Source: Octopus vulgaris (taxonomy: Eukaryota). Taken from it: a stretch of 64,000 nucleotides of DNA. The first letter of the stretch is position 1. The number at the start of each line of letters is the position of its first letter. Below the pieces are notes generated by a model. It made no database searches. It had not been told where the DNA came from and was given only the letters and a program-made list of their open reading frames with translations. Positions 55,247-64,000 of this stretch are shown piece by piece. The stretch is from assembly GCA_951406725.2 (NCBI GenBank), contig OX597815.1:16120001-16184000 (forward strand), given 5' to 3'. The position numbers and the translations under genes were made by a program.

Positions 55247-56128
55247 TTACCTATATTTCACAATCATACAGCACCACTCATTTCTTTTACAGACAACCTT
55301 TCCTTGAAAGAGAGAGAAATTTTGTTGCTAACTTTTATTATGTTCATATGAGAACCTTCCGAACGTGGCCGTAGCCAGCACCACATCGACTGGCCTCCGT
55401 GCTGGTGGCATGTAACAAACACCATCCGATCATGGCTATGCCAGCCTCGCCTGGCCTCCGTGCCGGTGGCACATAAAAAAACACCATCCGAGCGTGACCG
55501 TTCGCCAGCCTCGTCTGGCACCTGTGTCGGTGACACATAAAAAGCACCCACTACACCCACGGAGTGGTTGGCGTTAGGAAGGGCATCCAGCTGTAGAAAC
55601 ACTGCCAGATCTGACTGGCCTGGTGCAGCCTTCGGGCTTCCCAGACTCCAGTTGAACCGTCCAACCCATGCTAGCATGGAAAGCGGACGTTAAATGATGA
55701 TGATGATGATGATTACCTATATTTCACAATCATACAGCACCACTCATTTCTTTTACAGACAACCTTTCCTAGAAAGAGAGAGAGAGATTTTGTTGCTAAC
55801 TTTTATTATGTTCACATACTAAACTCTGTTTTCACTAGATCCATCTCCAGCATTATGTACCAAGATAACAAAATTTATTATGAGCTAATGACTAGTCATT
55901 TCTTAGCTCATGGATTGATAGCCATACCTACCTGCTCTAATATATTAAATATATATATATATATATATATATATAAGCGCAGGAGTGGCTGTGTGGTAAG
56001 TAGCTTGCTTACCAACCACATGGTTCCGGGTTCAGTCCCACTGCGTGGCACCTTGGGCAAGTGTCTTCTACTATAGCCTCGGGCCGACCAAAGCCTTGTG
56101 AAGATGTAAACTAAAGAAGCCCGTCGTA

Positions 56129-56187
<59 letters not shown>

Positions 56188-56929
56188 CTGTGTTTGTCCC
56201 CCTAGCATTGCTTGACAACCGATGCTGGTGTGTTTATGTCCCCGTTACTTAGCGGTTCGGCAAAAGAGACCGATGATAAGTACTGGGCTTACAAAAGAAT
56301 AAGTCCCGGGGTCGAGTTGCTCGATTAAATGCGGTGCTCCAGCATGGCCGCAGTCAAATGACTGAAACAAGTAAAAAGTAAAGAGTAATATATAATCTAG
56401 TTGCCAGGGTTTTAATCATGATGTATTCATGATTTTTATTGATGGTTGTGTGGCTGAGAAGTTCATTTCCCAGTTATGTGGTTTTCAGTTTAGTCTCACT
56501 GCTCTTTGTGAGTGGATTTGGTAAATAGAAATGAATTCATGTGCGTGCATCTGCATTTTCTTGTCTTGATATCACATGATAGTTGTAAATTAGTGTCACC
56601 ATCACCCAAGCAGTCTCCTTCATTTTCAGTCTTTTTAAAAACATCTCTGGCCTGAGGAAAATATTATTTTACTCAGAAAATGTGAGGTTTGGCAGCAGGA
56701 AGGGTATGCAGCTATAGAAAATTTGCCTCCATGGATTCTTTTCAACCCTAGCGAGCATGGGGAAGTGAACATTAGAACAACAACAATGATGATGATGATG
56801 ATGATGAATGTCAAGAATATTTTGAGAAATATTTTACAATATGTGGTTCAAGTTAAACTTGAAACTTCTACTTGATTATCTGTTTAAATATAGCTTGTTA
56901 TTAAAAAAAATTTTTTTATCTTGTTTCAG

Positions 56930-57317
56930 GCCAAGGAGATGGCAATGGTAGTTTGCAAGAGTTGTGGCAATCGTGGTAGATTACATGAAAAATGTGATCG
57001 GTGTAAAAAACGAATAACTGACACTCCTAAAGCTATCAGTTTTTTACAGTCAAAAAAGAAATTAATTACATGTTCTGTGAAGAAATCTGATCCCCCTTCA
57101 GCTATAGAAAAAAATGTATTTTACCCTAAGAAGCTCACGGAACGTGTATCTAGTTTCAATGCTACTACTGAACCTCTAAAGACTACACTAGCATCATTGT
57201 CAAGTAATATAAATTGCTCTCCCACAACTGTAAAACCAATACAGTATCCAAGGTCTCGACAGGCTGTGCGTGGACGGAAATCTATTACTATTCACAATAT
57301 GAAGCCACCAGTTCCAG
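56930..57317 (+). CDS. SENP6/7-like gene, exon with CxxC-x9-CxxC motif
   Basis: TTTCAG acceptor phase 0, AKEMAMVVCKSCGNRGRLHEKCDRCKK...KPPVP, donor G|GTAGAT phase 1. Confidence 0.88.
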
Positions 57318-59085
57318 GTAGATTTTTCTCTTTTACTTTTCTTTACCTTGTAATGTTTTGTCTGCCCCTTAACCCTTTTGTTACTATGTTTCTGAGAGGG
57401 ACCCCACCCCTTATGTGTTTCAATTAAATTCTAAAATAATCTTGAATTTAGACTGGTTTCATGAGACAGCTTTTTTTATTATTAATCAACATAATGTGAT
57501 TTTTGGAACGCAATTAAACAAAAGGTTCTTAACCAAATTTATTTAATTTATTTTCATCTCAAAGTGAATCTAATTACATGTAAATCCAGGCAAATTCAAC
57601 AAAATACATTATTTAAATTTTGTTTACACATCAGCATAGAAAATGTGTTATTTAATATACAACAAAATTTTAATAGATACGAACTGTGCAAATTACTGGA
57701 TTATCTGTCAGTCGAACTAGATACACATAAGACAGGTATACCATACAGGTAAAACAATGAAAGAGGTGTACTGTAAAGGTAAAACAGAATGAAATACTGG
57801 AATTTGTCTTTGATACACAAAAACACATAATAATGATTCACAATGCAAGTTACAAAATTTGTCACAAATCTTATAGGTAAATAAAAAATGAATTGAGGCG
57901 AAATTTGCAAAAAAATATCTACACATACACACACACAATATTTCTCAAAAATGCTTGGATTTCTTCACTATTTGTTTCTGCAGTAATTACTCCAAAGGAA
58001 AAACTAAAGAATTAATCTAATGGTTTTATTTCCTTGGGAAGACTTAAAATGACTAAGAAAAATGGTGCAAAATTAAAAAAAAAATATTTTAAAAAATCTT
58101 TTTTATCACTACTGGAACTGTTGTCAGAATTATTTCACTTTTGGAAATAGAAATATTCAGTTCATATAGATTTACATGTGCACACGTACGCACACACACA
58201 CACACACACACACACAGTCACTCACATGTATGAAACCTCTTATTATCTCTTTTTCCTCTGTATATTCTGTGTAATGATTCATTCCTGCAGTAATTGCTTG
58301 AAAGGAAAAATTTAGAAAATAAACTGTTTCATTTCCCTGGGAAGACTGTGGCTGTGAATAATATCTTTCTAAAAATAAATAAGAAAAAGCAGTTTTTGAA
58401 TTCTTACTATATTCAGCTGCAAATTTATTGCTTTTGGAACTGTTGTTAGAATTGTTTCACTTTCAGAAGTAGAAATATTCGATTCATAATCACACACGTG
58501 GTTTTCATGTTTGCCATATATTTTCTTAGATTTTTCTGTCTTCTTTCAAAAATACTTCAAATTCAAACTTACTGCATGACAACATTAAACTAGTTTCCAG
58601 TTTTTGTCCAGAGTGAAACATTTCAGAAAATTAAAATGGGGAAAAATAGGAGGAAAAATCTCCCAAAATTTGAGAAAATTCTCAGATATCTTGTAAAATA
58701 ATATAACCGCAATTGCATGGCTGAAACGAGTAAAAGAGTAATGCAACCCAATTATTCACATTGAAAAATCATGTTTTTTCACAAGTGTAATAATGAGATT
58801 TGCACTGAAATTCTCGTTTAAATATGATTAGGTTATTTTGGCCATTTTCAGTTGGGGTGGTAACATTCGTCAACAGAATTCTTGGCCAGCTGTGCCCACC
58901 TTGGTATTGAAATGGTTAAATACAGGGACATAGTATTTGAAGGTAAATGAGAAGTTTCTGGGTTCAGTCCCACTGCGTGGCACCTTGGGCAAGTGTCTTC
59001 TGCTATAGCCCCAGGCCGACCAATGCCTTGTGAGTGGATTTGGCAGACGGAAACTGAAAGAAGCCTGTCGTATATATGTATATGT

Positions 59086-60802
59086 CAGTGGCGTGCAGTG
59101 ACTTCCAGGGCTGGGCATGCAAGGAATTTCTTTGTTCCCCCCCCCCCCCCCGGCAATTTTTCAGTAAAAAAATTTTCGAATTCCTACGGTTTACATATGG
59201 GAGATTCTGAATATGCACACCGGGACCAGTCTTCTTAAATAGTACCCATGATTTTTAAATTGTTTGCAATACTCATCAAATTTGTTGAAATTCGAAAGTT
59301 CCATGAATTTAAACTCTTCTAAGGATGAATATCGTGCTTTTATTTGGTCAACTATTGTACTGATAATTTTGTTATAAAGCATTTTATAATGTCGTTGGGG
59401 CTCAATAGATATATTCTTGGATCTCTGAATTCCGATTCCTGCATCGACTCCATATTTTTCCCCCCTTGGGCAAGTGTCTTCTACTATAGTCTCGGGCCGA
59501 CCAAAGCCTTGTGAGTGGATTTGGTAGACGGAAACTGAAAGAAGCCCATGGTATATATATATATATATGCGTATGTGTGTTTGTGCGTCTGTGTTTGTCC
59601 CCCTAGCATTGCTTGACAACCGATGCTGGTGTGTTTATGTCCCCGTTACTTAGCGGTTCGGCAAAAGAGACCGATAGAATAAGTACTGGGCTTACAAAAG
59701 AATAAGTCCCGGGGTCGAGTTGCTCGATTAAAGGCGGTGCTCCAGCATGGCCGCAGTCAAATGACTGAAACAAGTAAAAGAGATTGAAAAATTATCAAGT
59801 TTGTTTTCAAGTACAGTTCTAGTTTTATCTATTTGATCTTTACAATACACTATGTCATGACTTTACTCTGGTGGATGTTAAATAAGAAAAAAGAAAAAAT
59901 CTCACTGAATACTTCTAACAAAAATAAGAAATCAGGAGCTTTTAAAGTGTGTAATAATCCAATTGCTGAATTTATGGTGGTATCATCCCATGCTTCAGGA
60001 TTTTCAATGATGTGCTCAAAAAGGCTGATTATGAAATTATAATTTTCCTTTGTGGTAATAATAAGCCATGAGGAGTAAATTCCATTGCTGTTGCCTTCGG
60101 AAATCTTTTTTTTAACAATGTTATCAAATGCATTAGCCCTTTTCGGTGTTGGTCTCCCACCGTTATAATTAATTATTTTCCATCGAATTCTCCTTTCGAA
60201 AAACTATTTCTCAAAATATCGTTTATAACACACATTTCACTCATTTCGTAAAAGGCTGTTCAACAAAACAGACAGATACAGAAAGTGGGTATCATGCGGT
60301 CAGCTCATAGCATGACATGCCACTGAGAGAGAGAGGAAGGGGGTACAAAATATTATGAAGGACCTTTCCTTCTAGCATCTGTTTTATCAATTCACTAAGA
60401 GAGAGAGAGGGAAGGAGGGACAAACTAAGAGACAGAGAGGGAGGTCATGCAGGTCTTCCCACAGCATGTGGAGCCACTAAGAGAAAGAGGAAGGGAGTAA
60501 AAATATTTCAAATGCCCTATCCCCTTAGCATGTCTTTTAAACAAGTCACTAAGAGAGAGAGAGAGAGAGGAAGGAAGGAAGGACAAACTGAGACAGAGAG
60601 GGAGTGTCTGACATGCTGGTCTTGTCAATGCATGACTTCTAAAAGCAGAAGTAGTCACTGAGAGAGAAGGGAAGACAAAATACAACTGGATGGATTTTCT
60701 TTGAAACAAAGTAACTATTTTATCTAATTTTCCGATCATATGGATAAAAAAATCACAGGGCATGCAACGCATACCTTGCATACCTGAGAGTGCACGCTCC
60801 TG
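59086..60802 (-). mobile_element. Internally deleted hAT (Tip100/ZMYM1-like) DNA transposon
   Basis: TIRs cagtggcgtgca / tgcacgctcctg; exact 8-bp TSD GTATATGT (59078-59085, 60803-60810); minus-strand transposase-like remnants (YNKIISTIVDQIKARYSS; FLFLLEVFSEIF). Confidence 0.85.
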
Positions 60803-61096
60803 GTATATGTATGTGTGTGTGTGTGTCTGTGTTTGTCCCCCTAGCATTGCTTGACAACCGATGCTGGTATTGCTGGTATGTTTACGTCCCCGTCACTTAG
60901 CGGTTCAGTAAAAAATACCGATAGAATAAGTACTGTGCTTACAAAGAATAAGTCCCGGGGTCAATTTGCTCGACTAAAGGCGGTGCTCCAGCATGGTCGC
61001 AGTCAAATGACTGAAACGAGTAAAAGAGTAAAGAGAGAGTATATTTCTGTGGTAAATGCTGTCTTCAAAAGAGTTAAATGGTATTTTAATTTTCAG

Positions 61097-61329
61097 AAAC
61101 AGTTACTATATCAGATGATGATGAACCAGCTGCTGCAGAATCGTCAGAGAATCAATCCAAAGTATTGGACCCTAATTCCCGGATCTCACTCAACAGTAAT
61201 GCTACAAATTCTTCTTTGAAGTCTGATAGTCCTGAAGAGAATGATCGCCCTGACTCGCCCATTTTCCCTGCTATTTCTACCAACCTGTCTATGGTTAATC
61301 GGTCTCGGTGCAATAGGATGGAAGATGAG
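61097..61329 (+). CDS. SENP6/7-like gene, exon (ETVTISDDDE...RMEDE)
   Basis: TTTCAG acceptor phase 1, GAG|GTAAGT donor phase 0; SIM-like VTISDDDE comparable to the hydrophobic-acidic motifs of SENP6/7. Confidence 0.88.
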
Positions 61330-62421
61330 GTAAGTCTGCCACATACATTTATTTAATCCAACTATATTACCATAGGGTTGAGATTGCTGTTACAATTGTC
61401 ATTCCACTGCTAGGTTTTGGACAAATAGTCGAGTAGTCAATATTGTACATTTCTGGGCATCATATGACCAAGTGTTATTCTCCTTACTGTAGTTTGACAA
61501 ATTGTTTGTAGATTCCTCTTGGCATCTACTGGTTACAATAATGCTACTGTTGATCAGGCATTCAGTTTCTCGGATTAAAACTTGTTAAACAGTTGCAAGT
61601 TAATCATCATCATCATTTAGCGTCCGCCTTCCATGCTAGCATGGGTTGGACGGTTCAACTGGGGTCTGTGAAGCCAGAAGGCTGCATCAGGCCCAGTCTG
61701 ATCTGGCAGTGTTTCTACGGCTGGATGCCCTTCCTAACGCCAATCACTCCGTTTGTGTAGTGGGTGCTTTTTATGTGCCACCCGCAGCTGGAAAACGGCC
61801 ACGGACGGATGGTGCTTTTTACGTGCCACCGGCACGGGGGTCAGGTGAGGCTGGCAACGGCCACGAACGGATGGTGCTTTTTACGTGCCACTGGCACGGA
61901 GGCCAGTCGGGGCGCCGCTGGCAATGGCCATAATCGGATGGTTCGCTTACTTGTCACCGGCACTGGTATCACAGCTGCAATTTCCATTGATGTTGATCGA
62001 CTTCGATTTTGGTTCTGCTTTGATTTGGTTTGATTTTGGTTCTGATTTGATTTGGTTTGATTTTGATTTTCACTTGCCTCAAAATCAAACCAAATCAAAT
62101 CGGATATCAGAAAGCAGAACCAAAATCGAAGTCGATCAACATCATTGATATTTATTGTAATTTGTAGAGGTGTTTATATTCCTGGATCTACTCTAAATAT
62201 ACAGTGCTAGAAGCTCAGATGATAGTTTGGATTCTAACAAAAATCCCCAAGGAGATTTATCAATGATTTCTGTATCAATGAATCTTGGTGTAAGATTATT
62301 TTTTACCAACTGGCAAAAATTATTAACTCTTATAACATTGGATCTTATATGAATTGGAATTAAATAATATAATAATTGTGTTTTTGCACTGCCTGAAATG
62401 TCCTTTGTTTCTTTATTTCAG

Positions 62422-62629
62422 CTTGGTAATGTGGTCAGTAGAGTAGGTGCACAGAATATGGAAGTGGATGAAGCTGATGAAAGCTCTCTTTATGGAGATC
62501 CCTTAGAGCCTGCCTTTAATCCTGATCAGCTGCACTTCCAGACACGTAATTTACGGATTGGGAATGTGGATATCAGCTCTCCACGAGAAGTGCTGCTAAA
62601 TTCTGACTGCATGTTATTTAAATTTACTA
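62422..62629 (+). CDS. SENP6/7-like gene, exon beginning a PH-like region; gene continues past the window
   Basis: TTTCAG acceptor, A|GTAAGT donor; LHFQTRNLRIGNVDISSPREVLLNSDCMLFKF resembles from memory the RSVRIG region of SENP6; the catalytic domain is not in the window, so the identity is inferred. Confidence 0.8.
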
Positions 62630-63069
62630 GTAAGTCTATATTTTTAATTTTGTATATGAAATTTGAGATATATTCTTTTACTTGTTTCAATAATTTGACT
62701 GTGGCCATTTAAAAAAAAAATTTTTTTTTGTAATCTAAAGAATTTAAGTTGTAGCTTCAGAACTTCAATCTAGATGAAGTATAATTACACTGATTACGAA
62801 TAATATTTTGACCAAAGGAAAATACTTTGGAAGTGTCCTGCATACTAAATACAAATATGATTATGTAAGCATTTAGCAAAATCTTTAGAAGTGTTCTGTT
62901 GTGTCTGGGGAGAGTCATTTTCTTTTTGTGCCTTATAATGTAACACACCCACCAGTAAAATTTCCCTTTATTTCTTATTTTTATTTTCCTAAAATGTTCG
63001 TTGGTGTCTTGCAACCTTTTCAATAGTCTTGACTCTGTCCGTTATTTACACTGGGTTCCTTTTTGTTTG

Positions 63070-63430
63070 TTTGTGCGCATGTGTGTGTGTGTGTGTGTGC
63101 CTATGTATGCATGTACGTATGTATGTATGTGTTTGCATGTGTATGTGTGTATGCATATGTATATATGTATGTGTGCATCTGTATGTATGTATCCTGCATA
63201 TGAGCTTGCATGTCCGTGTTTGTGTATTTTCTATGTGTGTGTGTGTGTGTGGGCCTGTGTTTGTATATGTATGCACCTCTGTCCCCTTGTCTGTGTGTGT
63301 GTGTGTGTATGTGTTATGCAACTGTGTACCATGTTTGTATGTATGGATGTGCATCTCTATATGTGTGGATCTGTGTCTCCATATGTGTCCTTGCTTGGAG
63401 TAAAGTGTGTGTGTGTATATGGTCATGTGT
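63070..63430. repeat. Degenerate (TG)n/(TATG)n low-complexity tract
   Basis: Direct inspection. Confidence 0.85.
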
Positions 63431-64000
63431 TTCAGTCTCCATTTGCGTATGTGTCCTTGTCTGTTCTTATAACCTATCCGTCTGTATGTTGATCTGTTTA
63501 TTTTCATATCCATATGCTTACATACAAAAAAAAGTGTTTAAAATCTAAAAACTGAGTAAGAGAGGTAACTCTAATCGGACCATGTGTTGGAGTATCTCGG
63601 GCAACATAGTTGTGGTCTAGTATAGAGAGACAACAGAGTAATGCCATTAGTAGGAGAGGGTGAAAGGAGAGAGTGAAGTATAGTATCAGAATAAAATAGA
63701 AGACACTAAGCTAAGAGAATTTAATGTAAGTCAACGCACTTATGAACAGGAGAAAATGAATATACGAACACAGGCTCTCACACACACACACACACACACA
63801 CACATAGAAAATACATAAACATGGACATGCAAGCACATATGCAGGATACATACATACAGATGCACACATACATACATATATACATATGCATACAGGCGCA
63901 GGAGTGGCTGTGTGGTAAGTAGCTTGCTTACCAACCACATGGTTCCGGGTTCAGTCCCACTGCGTGGCACCTTGGGCAAGTGTCTTCTACTATAGCCTCG

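Overview
Eukaryotic, AT-rich and extremely repeat-rich genomic DNA. The long (TA)n/(TATG)n microsatellites, tRNA-derived CORE-, Meta- and V-type SINEs and RTE/CR1 LINE debris suggest an octopus (coleoid cephalopod) genome; this is an inference. Almost all ORFs in the supplied track are microsatellite or repeat artefacts. One real multi-exon gene runs on the + strand: nine GT-AG exons from 30952 to 62629 join in consistent reading phase, and the gene continues beyond the window. It encodes a largely disordered protein with SUMO-interacting-type motifs, a CxxC..CxxC motif and the start of a PH-like region resembling SENP6/SENP7 (SUMO protease). Candidate first exons lie at ~14.9, ~16.6 and ~17.5 kb; the 14.9 kb one encodes a transmembrane anchor in frame with the rest. 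The remainder is transposon material: mariner remnant and MITE, hAT elements, piggyBac-type MITEs, Helitron-type elements, LINE fragments, SINEs, and more than 20 copies of a (GAT)n-tailed repeat that appears to be an RTE 3' UTR. The most unusual signal is five short non-coding cassettes carrying type I hammerhead-ribozyme-like motifs, three of them inside 58-87 bp inverted repeats (Penelope-like pLTR or retrozyme-like). One of these hairpins also contains a let-7-like sequence.
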